This document shows positions 8,037 through 17,189 of a DNA stretch of 43,687 bases, piece after piece. Where the stretch lies: the NCBI GenBank assembly GCA_041742965.1, contig JBGTNQ010000005.1, positions 1 through 43,687 on the forward strand, written 5' to 3'. The notes below the pieces were generated by a model. That model saw only the letters and a list, made by a program, of their open reading frames with translations, did no database searches and was not told where the DNA came from. Source of the DNA: Minisyncoccia bacterium (GTDB lineage: Bacteria > Patescibacteriota > Minisyncoccia > Phycocordibacterales > Zambryskibacteraceae). How positions within the stretch are numbered: position 1 is the first letter of the stretch; each line of letters starts with the position of its first letter. The position numbers and the translations under genes are program-made.

Positions 8037-8621
8037 TTACCGCCCCTTCTTTCCTAACTTATTTATTTTTCTTTTTATCTGCTCCCTCCTCCACATACCA
8101 AAGTGTTTCAAAAAACCAAACTTGTATAGCTTGATCGGAGAAAAACCGGCGAAGCCTAAAATTCCCTTCCTAATTTCATTTGTAGTATCACCAAAAAGAA
8201 TACGAAGAACAAAAGGAACCGAGTCAGATGTGACGACGACGGTGGCACTTCTCCCTCTCAAAAGTCTTTTCCATGTATATCCTCCACTTAGGAAATGATA
8301 AGCAAATCCTGGCGTCCAAGCTCTGTCGAAAACGCCTTTTAGCAAGGCCGGCATACTAGAAAACCAAGTTGGATAAAATATAACAAAATGGTCACACCAT
8401 TTCACATTTTCTTGAAAAGCCATTAAATCCGGTTCTAATTCTTGAATCTCCCTATATCCTTTGTGGAGCACTGGATCAAACTCCATATCACCGATATTTT
8501 GCCTTCTAACTTCGTGACCGGCTCCAAGCGCCCCCTTTTCATACTCACCAGCAAGAGTGCCGTTTAAACTATCAGAGTCAGGATGACCGAGTAATATAAA
8601 AATATTTTTACTTTTTGCCAT
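8037..8621 (-). CDS. NAD(P)H-dependent oxidoreductase, flavodoxin-2 / NAD(P)H:quinone dehydrogenase family
   Basis: ILLGHP..S.N, YPTWFSSMPALLKGVFDR and PGFAY motifs. Confidence 0.9.
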   Translation of the reverse strand: MAKSKNIFILLGHPDSDSLNGTLAGEYEKGALGAGHEVRRQNIGDMEFDPVLHKGYREIQELEPDLMAFQENVKWCDHFVIFYPTWFSSMPALLKGVFDRAWTPGFAYHFLSGGYTWKRLLRGRSATVVVTSDSVPFVLRILFGDTTNEIRKGILGFAGFSPIKLYKFGFLKHFGMWRREQIKRKINKLGKKGR

Positions 8622-8622
8622 C

Positions 8623-8853
8623 TTATTTTTGTCCCATGAGACCCCTAAGTTCCTCCTGATGTTTTTGCATTACTTCCATTGTAGCATCCATCTGGCTCTT
8701 ACCCCCATTCACCTTCTCCTGAACCTCTGTGGCAATTTTTTCAAAAAATTCTGGATTCTTCTCCATCATAGAAATGATTTGTTCCCTCTGTTCGGCCGGA
8801 ACATCTTTCATCTTTGATTCTATAAGTTTCCTCATCAAAAAATTCTTAAACAT
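8623..8853 (-). CDS. Small helical hypothetical protein
   Basis: 76-aa Met/Glu/Lys-rich ORF coupled to both neighbours. Confidence 0.7.
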   Translation of the reverse strand: MFKNFLMRKLIESKMKDVPAEQREQIISMMEKNPEFFEKIATEVQEKVNGGKSQMDATMEVMQKHQEELRGLMGQK

Positions 8854-8864
8854 ATTTTTCTTAA

Positions 8865-9671
8865 TTATTTCTTTCTTAGTTTTACAAGTCCGCCGTGCAA
8901 ACCACCAAAATCACCAAGTGAGGCTCTTCTGAGAGGAGGTATTACCGGAAAACTCTTTAAAGCTCCTTTTAAATATTTTTCTGTATCAATTATAGAGATA
9001 CCAACATCATTCATCATTGACCCTCCCAAAACAATCACAGATGGAGACCAGTTTACCACAATATTATTTAACCCATAGGCCAATACCTTGGCCAACCCAT
9101 CCCAAAGTCTAGGGTCATTAATCTCCTCCGGCTTTCTTCCTGTTTTCTCAAGCACCGCACTACCAGAAACCAAATTTTCTAGAGTATCTCCATGAGAGTC
9201 TATAATCTGCCTACCAGGCTCAAATCCTATAGATCTTTCGTCTATCTCTCCATTAACAATTCTGGCCCCACCAACACCGGTACTAACGGTAATATAAGCC
9301 ACAATATCAAAGCCTCTCCCCGCACCATAGACAGCCTCACCAAGGCCGACAAGGGCTGCGTCATTATCCATAATAACCTCTGCCCCAAAAAGCTTGGCTA
9401 ATTCACTGCGAACCGGTTTATCGATCCATCCTATAAGATTATTACCACTTAAAATTACTCCCTTATTTTGATCGAAAAGTCCGGCAATTCCGCCAGCTAT
9501 ATGGGTAATCTTTTCCTCTTTAGAAATCTTCAAAATATTGTTTTTTAATAGTTCAATTCCCTCATCAAAATTCTTTGGTGTTTGAAAAACTACAGGCACA
9601 TCGAAAGTGTCAGCATCTATGACTCTAGCTATCCTTGTTTTAGTTCCACCTATATCAAAAAGTATTTTCAT
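8865..9671 (-). CDS. ROK family sugar kinase (glucokinase-like)
   Basis: DIGGTK, NDAALVGLGE, TVSTGVGG and LENLVSG motifs; adjacent to pgi. Confidence 0.9.
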   Translation of the reverse strand: MKILFDIGGTKTRIARVIDADTFDVPVVFQTPKNFDEGIELLKNNILKISKEEKITHIAGGIAGLFDQNKGVILSGNNLIGWIDKPVRSELAKLFGAEVIMDNDAALVGLGEAVYGAGRGFDIVAYITVSTGVGGARIVNGEIDERSIGFEPGRQIIDSHGDTLENLVSGSAVLEKTGRKPEEINDPRLWDGLAKVLAYGLNNIVVNWSPSVIVLGGSMMNDVGISIIDTEKYLKGALKSFPVIPPLRRASLGDFGGLHGGLVKLRKK

Positions 9672-9717
9672 CTCTTGTTTTAATTTCTCTTTTTTATCAT
9701 TCGGTGTTTCTCATTCG

Positions 9718-11025
9718 TCATTTGTCATCTCCTGAAAGCATTTCTTTCGCTCTCTTTTTATATTCCTCTACATTTGGCTGATTGAAAATATTTACATTCC
9801 AAAGGGCTCCAAGGTAAATAGTCTCGAACATTGCATAAGCCATATACTCTCCGAGAGACTTAAGTGACACATCCTTAAGGACAACGTCTACATATGGTAA
9901 ATCATTTTTGAAATATGATTCTTGAGCAGAAACTAAAAGAGTTTGATTTAAATCTCCAGTACTTTTTTTAGAAACAGATTTTTCTATCAGGTCCAAAGTC
10001 TCTCCATCACCAATTGCCTCTCCTTGAAAATCATCCGCAGAAACAAAAGTGGTCACACGGTTACGTGGCCCAGCTAACACAAGTTGCAAAGTAGAGTGGA
10101 GGTCCACGGAACCAATAGACACTGTAGGCGCTAAGCCCACATGATCCTTCTCTCCTTCTATATTTTCATCTTTACCCAAGCTTTCTGCCACAAGTTGTTT
10201 GTGCCATTTTCCCAAAGTTTCAAGTCTTGGAGTAAAGAAGAACAGGTCATATATATACATTCCATTTGCATAATGCTCATCTATGGCCACAGCATTTTGA
10301 AAAGCAAAACTGTCCATGTCTAAAGAATTTTCCATAGACTCTTTTGCTCCAGAAAGAAATTCATCAAACAAAAAACCATAGAGTCCCAAAGGAACTAGAG
10401 TTGTGGGAGAAAAAGCTGAAAATCTGTCTGACAAAACTTCTGGCAGAGCAATCTTGGTTATTTGTTTTTCTTCTGCTTCATTCCAAAGAGGAGAACCTTC
10501 CTTTGAAACCACCACTATACGATCTTTTACATTTTCAAATTTCTGTTCTAGATGGAATGTCAGAAATTCAGCATTGGCCATAACCTCAAGGGTCTCTCCG
10601 GATTTACTTACTACTACTATCACAAAATCATCTACGCTTTCAAAAGATTTTAAAAGCAGGAGCACAGGCTCTGTGATAGCAGTATCTAGGACATCTAAAA
10701 AAACCATCTTCCTAGGCAAATCATATATGGCCTCCCCGTGTCCGACGATAGCATCATAGACTGCCTTTGACGCAAGATTAGCACCTCCAATACCAACAAC
10801 AAACACTATCTTAGGAAGGTTGTTTTTTGTTTTCTCCGATACAATATCTTTTATTTCACTTATTGTCTTCTCATCAGACAAAAAAGAAAGGAAGCTTTCT
10901 GGAGTTTTATATAAAAAATCCTTTGAAGCGGCGGAGAGTTCTAAAATCCGAGGCCTTAAGGCTTCTTTTGCAGAAATAATAGAATCCCCGCTAACTTTCA
11001 TTGGCTGACGAATAGATAAGTTCAT
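9718..11025 (-). CDS. pgi: Glucose-6-phosphate isomerase
   Basis: VGIGGANL, VSKSGETLE, RFS, QLVAESLGK, DLHS and FNQPNVEEYK motifs. ATG lies 6 nt after TATACT. Confidence 0.9.
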   Translation of the reverse strand: MNLSIRQPMKVSGDSIISAKEALRPRILELSAASKDFLYKTPESFLSFLSDEKTISEIKDIVSEKTKNNLPKIVFVVGIGGANLASKAVYDAIVGHGEAIYDLPRKMVFLDVLDTAITEPVLLLLKSFESVDDFVIVVVSKSGETLEVMANAEFLTFHLEQKFENVKDRIVVVSKEGSPLWNEAEEKQITKIALPEVLSDRFSAFSPTTLVPLGLYGFLFDEFLSGAKESMENSLDMDSFAFQNAVAIDEHYANGMYIYDLFFFTPRLETLGKWHKQLVAESLGKDENIEGEKDHVGLAPTVSIGSVDLHSTLQLVLAGPRNRVTTFVSADDFQGEAIGDGETLDLIEKSVSKKSTGDLNQTLLVSAQESYFKNDLPYVDVVLKDVSLKSLGEYMAYAMFETIYLGALWNVNIFNQPNVEEYKKRAKEMLSGDDK

Positions 11026-11054
11026 GCACAAAGTATACTACAGCAAACCGAAGC

Positions 11055-11483
11055 TTAAAGGGCCACAATCTTCTCCATATCCTCTTGAAGACCTGGGGTG
11101 GATTCATAGTTTTTTGCATCTTCTGGAGAAATCCAAACAAGTTCTGAGTGTTCCCAAGAAAGTTTGATGTTAGGATTTGTTATTTCTGCCAAAAACATAT
11201 GACGAATCCACTCCCTGTCTAAGTTCTTATCAACAAAAAGATAGGTGTCCCCTTTTTTAATTTCCTTTACATCTTCTTTTTTTAGACCAAGCTCCTCTTC
11301 AAGTTCAAACATCACTTTTTCTTCCATTGTCTTTTCATCATCTACAAACCCAGCCAAGCAGGACCATAGTCCCTGATAAGTAAGCATTTTTTCACTTCTT
11401 TTCACCAAAAGAAATTTGTCCCGATATTTTACGAATATAACAATAACGGGAGCAGATTTCGCATGAGTATAATCTGTTGCCAT
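11055..11483 (-). CDS. NUDIX hydrolase
   Basis: G.WSCLAGFVD...ELEEELGL Nudix-like box and LSWEH motif. Confidence 0.85.
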   Translation of the reverse strand: MATDYTHAKSAPVIVIFVKYRDKFLLVKRSEKMLTYQGLWSCLAGFVDDEKTMEEKVMFELEEELGLKKEDVKEIKKGDTYLFVDKNLDREWIRHMFLAEITNPNIKLSWEHSELVWISPEDAKNYESTPGLQEDMEKIVAL

Positions 11484-11563
11484 ATAGAATTAGTATACCA
11501 GAATAAATTTAACAATAGATAAAGTTACCCACTAAAAAGCACTCACCTAAATTAAGGGGTATT

Positions 11564-11592
11564 TTGACAATTTGCATTTTCATTGCTTTAAT
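11564..11592 (+). promoter_or_regulatory. Sigma70-type promoter
   Basis: TTGACA-17-TTTAAT upstream of the SD-led ORF at 11638. Confidence 0.6.
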
Positions 11593-11637
11593 CGTTAAAG
11601 ATCTAGTACCCACGAAAAACCCCTTATTGGAGGATGT

Positions 11638-12006
11638 ATGACCATCGAAAAAATACCGTCTGTGTCAGGAAATCCTGGAAGATTTGTTTTCTTTAAAGTT
11701 TCTGATGCTTCTGGACTAGTCAGATACTTTGTCCGATCATCAGGAGACCTGAATCATCTGCAAATCCAAAAAGCATTTGAGAGTGTGATTAGTAGGCATG
11801 ACCCAGAAGGAAGATTGACATGTGAAACTCTCGGCGGAGCATTCATTCACATTTTAAAGGGGAAAAAGAGTAATGTTATCAATATAAATATGAAGAGCCT
11901 AGCTGTTGGTCCAATCAAAGAACTCTCTCTACTACTCACTCTCCTTCAGGAGAATTTTCCGGACTTCAGCATTTTTCACGAAAAACTAGAGGGGGCAACA
12001 GGATAG
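11638..12006 (+). CDS. Janus/Ocnus (PHPT1 phosphohistidine phosphatase)-like protein
   Basis: IPSV...FVFFKV...FVR...NH..I...CETLGG.FI...KSLAVGP...FPDF is collinear with PHPT1 motifs. GGAGG SD present. Confidence 0.6.
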   Translation: MTIEKIPSVSGNPGRFVFFKVSDASGLVRYFVRSSGDLNHLQIQKAFESVISRHDPEGRLTCETLGGAFIHILKGKKSNVININMKSLAVGPIKELSLLLTLLQENFPDFSIFHEKLEGATG

Positions 12007-12031
12007 ATCTCTTGATTTCCACAATCGCAAC

Positions 12032-12051
12032 AGCCCACCAACCGGTGGGCT
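12032..12051 (+). terminator. Intrinsic terminator
   Basis: AGCCCACC-aacc-GGTGGGCT followed by a T-rich tract. Confidence 0.65.
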
Positions 12052-12092
12052 TATTTGTTTAGTAAAATCAGATTTCCCGTTTAAAAGGGTTA

Positions 12093-13544
12093 CTACTTAT
12101 CCAAATCCAAAGTTTGATCTATATGTACTTTGGCGACAAAGTCAGGAACATGAGATACGAGAATCATTGCTCCTTCGTAATTATTTAAAGCTTCAGCGAT
12201 AACAGGAATGTGACGGAAATTTATATGGTTTGTTGGCTCATCCAAAATAAGGAGTCCGGGCTTCTGAAGAACAAGTCTCGCAAAAGCCACAAGACCTTTC
12301 TGCCCTTCTGATAGATTTCCAATTCGAGTATTGATAACGTCGGCGGTTATGAGGAAGCTCGCAGCCACAGCTCGGACATGTTCTTCACTTTTCATATCTG
12401 ATACAGCCATTAGTGATTCATATACCGTATCATCAAAATTTAATGTAGAAAAATCTTGACGATAATAGCCAACACGCACACCTTCGGTGATAATCGAACC
12501 CGTACCGGTACCATTTGCGATTGATTCAAGAAGTGTCGTCTTGCCGATACCGTTTGGCCCTCGCAAAAGAAGTCTTTGTTTTTTCTTGAGAGAAATATCT
12601 ACCTTTCTCAATGTTGACTTGTGCTTTCGTATCATATTGAAAGCGGTAATGTGAATTATTTTCCCCACAATCTCTGGCTGAGACGGAATAATAAATTTGC
12701 GAATAGTCTTATCTTCTTTTCTAACATCCACTTTTTCCTCTTCTAAAGCTTCTGCTTTTTCTCGCATACGTTTCGCCACCATACGCATCTGCCCCCCTTT
12801 GTTTGCAAACATATTAGCTTGATCTTTTTTATCTTGAATTTCTTTTGCTAATCTTGCATTCTTCATATTTTCTCGCTCTATTCGCACAGAAATATCTTTA
12901 ACCACATCATGATAGTTGCCCACATATTGCTCCAGTTTTTTTGTATGAACATCAAGATAGAGGACGCCGTCTGTAAAAGCGTTTAGGAATTCTGCATCAT
13001 GGGATATGACAACTACTGTTTTTTTATAATTTTTTAGATATTCCGTAAGGTGCTCTATGCCCTCTTTGTCCAGATTGTTTGTAGGCTCATCTAGAAGCAA
13101 AAGATCTGGGTCTTGGATAAGAGCCGAAGCAAGGAGCAAGCGAGCCTGCTGTCCACCAGAAAAAGATTTAACAGTCCGCTCGCGTGGAGCGGATAGATGC
13201 ACCACCTCAAGCACTTCATCAATACGCGGATCAATATCGTACTGCTTTTCCTTGAAACACTTTAAGAAAAATTCTCGGACAGTGAGGTCAAGCTGGTCGC
13301 GTGGTATTACTTGCCTGCCTGAAGCGACGGAAAGATTGTTTGCAACATGTACTTCTCCAGATTCAGGTTTGTGTGTACCCATAATCAAACCGAAAATGGT
13401 GCTTTTACCAGCACCATTTTGTCCCATAAGCGTTATCTTCATTCCTCGACGTATAGAAAAACTTACCTCATTGAGTATTTGTTTGTTGTGCCCGAAATCA
13501 AATGACACTTCGTCAAACCTAACCACTGATTCATCTTTTGCCAT
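12093..13544 (-). CDS. ABC-F family ATPase (ribosome-associated)
   Basis: Two ABC domains (GQNGAGKS/FSGGQ/LLLDEPTNNLD and GPNGIGKT/LSEGQ/LILDEPTNH), an inter-domain linker and no TM segments. Confidence 0.93.
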   Translation of the reverse strand: MAKDESVVRFDEVSFDFGHNKQILNEVSFSIRRGMKITLMGQNGAGKSTIFGLIMGTHKPESGEVHVANNLSVASGRQVIPRDQLDLTVREFFLKCFKEKQYDIDPRIDEVLEVVHLSAPRERTVKSFSGGQQARLLLASALIQDPDLLLLDEPTNNLDKEGIEHLTEYLKNYKKTVVVISHDAEFLNAFTDGVLYLDVHTKKLEQYVGNYHDVVKDISVRIERENMKNARLAKEIQDKKDQANMFANKGGQMRMVAKRMREKAEALEEEKVDVRKEDKTIRKFIIPSQPEIVGKIIHITAFNMIRKHKSTLRKVDISLKKKQRLLLRGPNGIGKTTLLESIANGTGTGSIITEGVRVGYYRQDFSTLNFDDTVYESLMAVSDMKSEEHVRAVAASFLITADVINTRIGNLSEGQKGLVAFARLVLQKPGLLILDEPTNHINFRHIPVIAEALNNYEGAMILVSHVPDFVAKVHIDQTLDLDK

Positions 13545-13635
13545 AGGTTATACAACATACAGCATATGAGCGAAAAACCCAAAGTAAACACTCTGAGGAC
13601 TCTCTCAAAACATAGTCGCTTTGCTCCTTGTTTTG

Positions 13636-13708
13636 TGGACCCTACCGGATTCGAACCGGTGACCTCCTCATTGCAAATGAGGCGCTCTACCAACTAAGCT
13701 AAGGGCCC
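13636..13708 (-). tRNA. tRNA-Ala (TGC)
   Basis: GGGCCCTTAGCTTAGTTGGTAGAGCGCCTCATTTGCAATGAGGAGGTCACCGGTTCGAATCCGGTAGGGTCCA; G3:U70 pair. Confidence 0.96.
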
Positions 13709-13757
13709 ATATTTTATTTTTTAAATCCACCCTTTATAGGCTTTTGTTTTCACGACA

Positions 13758-13781
13758 CTCTACAACTAAGCTAAGGGCCCA
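13758..13781 (-). repeat. Duplicated 5' fragment of tRNA-Ala(TGC)
   Basis: TGGGCCCTTAGCTTAGTT-GTAGAG matches the tRNA 5' end with a 1-nt deletion, 72 bp upstream. Confidence 0.8.
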
Positions 13782-13899
13782 AACATAGCTGCCAGGTGTT
13801 GGCTTCTAGCTGCTAGCTTAGATTCAATACAATACATTAAAGTATTTTGATTTTCAAACATATTCTGTTTGGTATAATCCCAGAGTTAAAGATTAGCGG

Positions 13900-13975
13900 G
13901 GGCCTGTAGCTCAATTGGTAGAGTGCGCCCATGGCATGGGCGAGGTAAGGGGTTCGAAACCCCTCAGGTCCACCA
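13900..13975 (+). tRNA. tRNA-Ala (GGC)
   Basis: GGGCCTGTAGCTCAATTGGTAGAGTGCGCCCATGGCATGGGCGAGGTAAGGGGTTCGAAACCCCTCAGGTCCACCA; G3:U70, encoded CCA, and an extended -10 TGGTATAAT at 13870-13878. Confidence 0.96.
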
Positions 13976-14045
13976 AGTTTGATTTCTTCCAAACCTCTGA
14001 TATCATTTCTGAGGAAAAAGTTCTAAACTCTCACCGGAGAACAGC

Positions 14046-14255
14046 ATGAATCTGAGTGACTGTAAAATCCATGGACTAGAGGACGGTGTTACTCTGTGCA
14101 GACTAGACCCCAAAGATGACAAAGGTTGGCCTTCCGGGGACAAGTATGTTTCATCAATCAACGAAGAATATATGAGCTGTGAAAACTGTCTCGCCGTCCT
14201 GGATACGATGGCACAGAAAAAAGTGGCAACAAAAACAGATAAGGAGGCTGTGTGA
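14046..14255 (+). CDS. Small putative zinc-binding protein (H...C...CxxC)
   Basis: GGAG SD; IHGLEDGVTLC...WPSG...CENCL. Confidence 0.65.
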   Translation: MNLSDCKIHGLEDGVTLCRLDPKDDKGWPSGDKYVSSINEEYMSCENCLAVLDTMAQKKVATKTDKEAV

Positions 14256-14452
14256 ACAACGGAAATCCGAACGGTCAGACAACCATCCACATCTTGGCCT
14301 GTGGTCAAGTGCTTTGCACTTTTACTCCAAAGTTGCCCAAAGACTGGCCTCAGGGCAACCACTGGGTTCCGATAGCCAAGTACAAGGAAGCAAACTGTAC
14401 CGGGTGTCTCTCTGCCTTGAATCAAGACGGTGATCCACCAAAAGCCGCGTAA
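14252..14452 (+). CDS. Small putative zinc-binding protein, paralogue of the upstream ORF
   Basis: AGGAGG SD and GTGA start/stop overlap; IHILACGQVLC...WPQG...CTGCL. Confidence 0.65.
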   Translation: MNNGNPNGQTTIHILACGQVLCTFTPKLPKDWPQGNHWVPIAKYKEANCTGCLSALNQDGDPPKAA

Positions 14453-14466
14453 GCGGTGAGATGCTA

Positions 14467-14494
14467 AGACCGCCACCTACTAGGGTGGCGGTCT
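14467..14494 (+). terminator. GC-rich hairpin terminator
   Basis: AGACCGCCACC-N6-GGTGGCGGTCT followed by a T-rich tract. Confidence 0.7.
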
Positions 14495-14520
14495 ATTGCT
14501 TTTTTGATATATTCAAGACA

Positions 14521-15102
14521 ATGAAAAAACTCAAAAGATGTAAATGGGTCACTGAAGGAAATACTTTGTATGAAAAATACCACGATCTTGAGTGGGGTGT
14601 GCCTGTTTATGATGACAAAATTATGTTTGAATTTTTAGTCTTAGAAAGCGCTCAGGCTGGACTAAGTTGGCTAACAGTTCTTAAAAAACGAGAAAACTAT
14701 AGAAAAGCTTTCGCAAATTTTGACCCTAAAAAAGTCGCCAAATTTGGCAAGAAAGAAATAAAAGGGCTTCTTAAAAATGAAGGTATCATAAGAAACAGAT
14801 CAAAAATAGAAGCCACAATAAACAATGCCAAGCAATTTATCCTAGTCCAAAAAGAGTTTGGCACTTTTTCAAAATATATTTGGAGTTTTGTCGGCAGAAA
14901 ACCTATTCAAAGCAAGTGGAGAAGTATCCGAGATCTCCCAGCCCAAACACCTGAATCTGAAACTTTATCAAAAGACCTAAAGAAAAGAGGCTTTAAATTT
15001 TTAGGCCCCACAATCTGCTATGCCCATATGCAGGCAACAGGAATGGTAAATGACCACACAATAGATTGCTTTAGATACAAAGAAGTAACCACTAACAACT
15101 AG
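14521..15102 (+). CDS. tag: DNA-3-methyladenine glycosylase I
   Basis: RCKW...YHDLEWG, LESAQAGLSW, IIRNRSKI, GFKFLGPT and NDHTIDC motifs. Start at ATG 14521. Confidence 0.95.
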   Translation: MKKLKRCKWVTEGNTLYEKYHDLEWGVPVYDDKIMFEFLVLESAQAGLSWLTVLKKRENYRKAFANFDPKKVAKFGKKEIKGLLKNEGIIRNRSKIEATINNAKQFILVQKEFGTFSKYIWSFVGRKPIQSKWRSIRDLPAQTPESETLSKDLKKRGFKFLGPTICYAHMQATGMVNDHTIDCFRYKEVTTNN

Positions 15103-15119
15103 TGACTGACCACTAACTA

Positions 15120-16109
15120 CTATTTCCAATGCGTTTCAATATACGAATTTACTTCACTAATCTTTAGTGGACTTGTGGTGTTCCCTGTGCGAATAAAAAA
15201 CTCTTCATCACCGTTAACTTTAAGGTAGGCCGGCTTCTCTCCCGATTCAACTTCCACCAAACAAATATCTTTCCCTTCAAGAGATTCGAAAGTTAAGGTC
15301 ACTTTCTGACGAAACTCTGCTCCAATCGTGTTTTTCATTATTTGATTAAAGTGATTCTCAAATCCATCTCTGTCCTTTCTAACCAATGTATTATAGTCGT
15401 CCTCAAGACCATAAACCCTTCCAGCATCAGTCACTCCGATTATCAAATTTCCTCCACCTGAGTTTAGAAATGCGGCTACGGTTTTCATCACAGATTTTTC
15501 CAAAATTTTATTCACATCCTTTTTCTTAACGTCATACCGAAATGTTTGTTTGAGCTCCAAACGAAAATGCTCTCCTTCAAGAATGAGATCTAAGATAGAA
15601 AGTTTCTGGGGAGATATTTTTCTCCTTTCTAAAGCGTGGTCTACCGCATCACGAAAAAAGTCTGCGTATATTTCTGGAGTTTCAACACTTCTTATTTTTA
15701 ACACCTTGCTGTCTCTAACATGAGACAAACTAATCGTTCCATAGCCCAAAACAAGCTCTAGAGGACTCCTTTTATATTCAACAGAGGATATGTCTTTCAA
15801 AAGAAAGGAGTGTTCTCGGGGAAAAAACATTCCCCTTCTATGAATTATCTCCTTCTCTTTCAAGCGGTACTCTTCCCTATTCCAAGCCAAAAAAATCAAA
15901 AATGTAATAAGAAGTTGTAGGCCAGATACTGTCACTATAAGAAACAAATCGTAACGGAAGATCCCACCAATAGGCGAATTTCTATAAATTACTTCGTAGT
16001 TTTCAATCAGAGATACCAGAAAAAGAACTGACCCAACTACAAGCTCCACCTCAATAATCCTCCGTATAAGCACTAGTGGACTTTGTTTTATGACAATCGG
16101 AAATTTCAT
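15120..16109 (-). CDS. Membrane protein with bacterial PH (bPH_2-like) domain fused to a Schlafen/AlbA_2 domain
   Basis: Two TM helices and YRL...IIHRRG...ISSVEYKRSPLE..LGYGTI, followed by GEHFRLELKQT...VAAFLNSGGGNLIIGVTD...FFIRTGNTT. Confidence 0.8.
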   Translation of the reverse strand: MKFPIVIKQSPLVLIRRIIEVELVVGSVLFLVSLIENYEVIYRNSPIGGIFRYDLFLIVTVSGLQLLITFLIFLAWNREEYRLKEKEIIHRRGMFFPREHSFLLKDISSVEYKRSPLELVLGYGTISLSHVRDSKVLKIRSVETPEIYADFFRDAVDHALERRKISPQKLSILDLILEGEHFRLELKQTFRYDVKKKDVNKILEKSVMKTVAAFLNSGGGNLIIGVTDAGRVYGLEDDYNTLVRKDRDGFENHFNQIMKNTIGAEFRQKVTLTFESLEGKDICLVEVESGEKPAYLKVNGDEEFFIRTGNTTSPLKISEVNSYIETHWK

Positions 16110-16111
16110 AA

Positions 16112-17098
16112 TTATTGTTTATTTAATGCGAGTGTGATCAGGTGTTCAACAAATTCAGACATACTCACACCGTGAGTTTCTAGTGCCTTCGGAAAAAGAG
16201 AGGCCTTAGTAAGACCAGGTAAGGTGTTAACTTCTAACACATAGACTCCTTTCTTTGGATGCAATACGAAATCGACTGCAGAATAATGCCGTAAGCCGAG
16301 ATGTCTATGTACAGCTAATGCAATTTTCTGAACAAGCTCTGCTTCTGCTTTACTAATTGGGGCAGGAGAAATATGGTCTTCTGCGCTTTCGTATTTCATA
16401 TCATAATCAAATATCTCACTGTCCTTTTTTCTCGGAGCAATCGGTGGAAGTGAAAAAAGTGTGATACCATCAGAGCCCTCTAGTACGCCACAAGTTAGTT
16501 CTGTCCCAGGAATATATTCCTCTACAATCACTGCTCCAGAATGCTTAAGAGCACTCTCAATACCGGTACGAAATGAATTAAAGTCTCGAGCAAAGTTAAT
16601 ACCTATGGATGATCCGCCGCTTATCGGTTTTATAATCGATGGTTGAGGAATGGATTGAAATAGGGATATTAGCTTCTTATAGGTATTGTCTTTTGGGTAA
16701 ACGACTGAATGTTCTGGAGTTTTAATACCATGATATCCAAAAAGTGCCTTTGAGATATTTTTGTTCATTCCAAAAGCACTAGAAAGAGATCTAGTGCCTG
16801 TGAAAGGAACACCGAACTTTTGCAGAAAATTTTGAACCTTACCATCTTCACCGTATTCTCCATGGAGAGCATTAAACACCACATCAACATGGGGAATCAC
16901 CTTGTCTGGAGTTTTTACTTTTCCGCCCATATGCCACTCCCCTTCTTTGGAAATAAAAATATCTACTGGAACATATCCTTCTGGTAGATTTCTCAAAACA
17001 TTTTCACCAGTACGGAGAGAAATTTCATATTCTCTAGATGGCCCTCCACGGATAACACCAACCCTAATATTTTTACGAAGTGGAGCAGAGGTATTCAT
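16112..17098 (-). CDS. ddl: D-alanine--D-alanine ligase
   Basis: GGPSREYEISL, ALHGEYGEDG, GSSIG, EEYIPG and LEVNTLPGLT motifs. Confidence 0.93.
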   Translation of the reverse strand: MNTSAPLRKNIRVGVIRGGPSREYEISLRTGENVLRNLPEGYVPVDIFISKEGEWHMGGKVKTPDKVIPHVDVVFNALHGEYGEDGKVQNFLQKFGVPFTGTRSLSSAFGMNKNISKALFGYHGIKTPEHSVVYPKDNTYKKLISLFQSIPQPSIIKPISGGSSIGINFARDFNSFRTGIESALKHSGAVIVEEYIPGTELTCGVLEGSDGITLFSLPPIAPRKKDSEIFDYDMKYESAEDHISPAPISKAEAELVQKIALAVHRHLGLRHYSAVDFVLHPKKGVYVLEVNTLPGLTKASLFPKALETHGVSMSEFVEHLITLALNKQ

Positions 17099-17189
17099 AA
17101 TGCTAATTGTATACAAATGAACCCTTTGGTGCAAAAAACAAAAAAACCACACCAGCTGGGTGGGTTATACTGAGCTTATCTATATTAAC

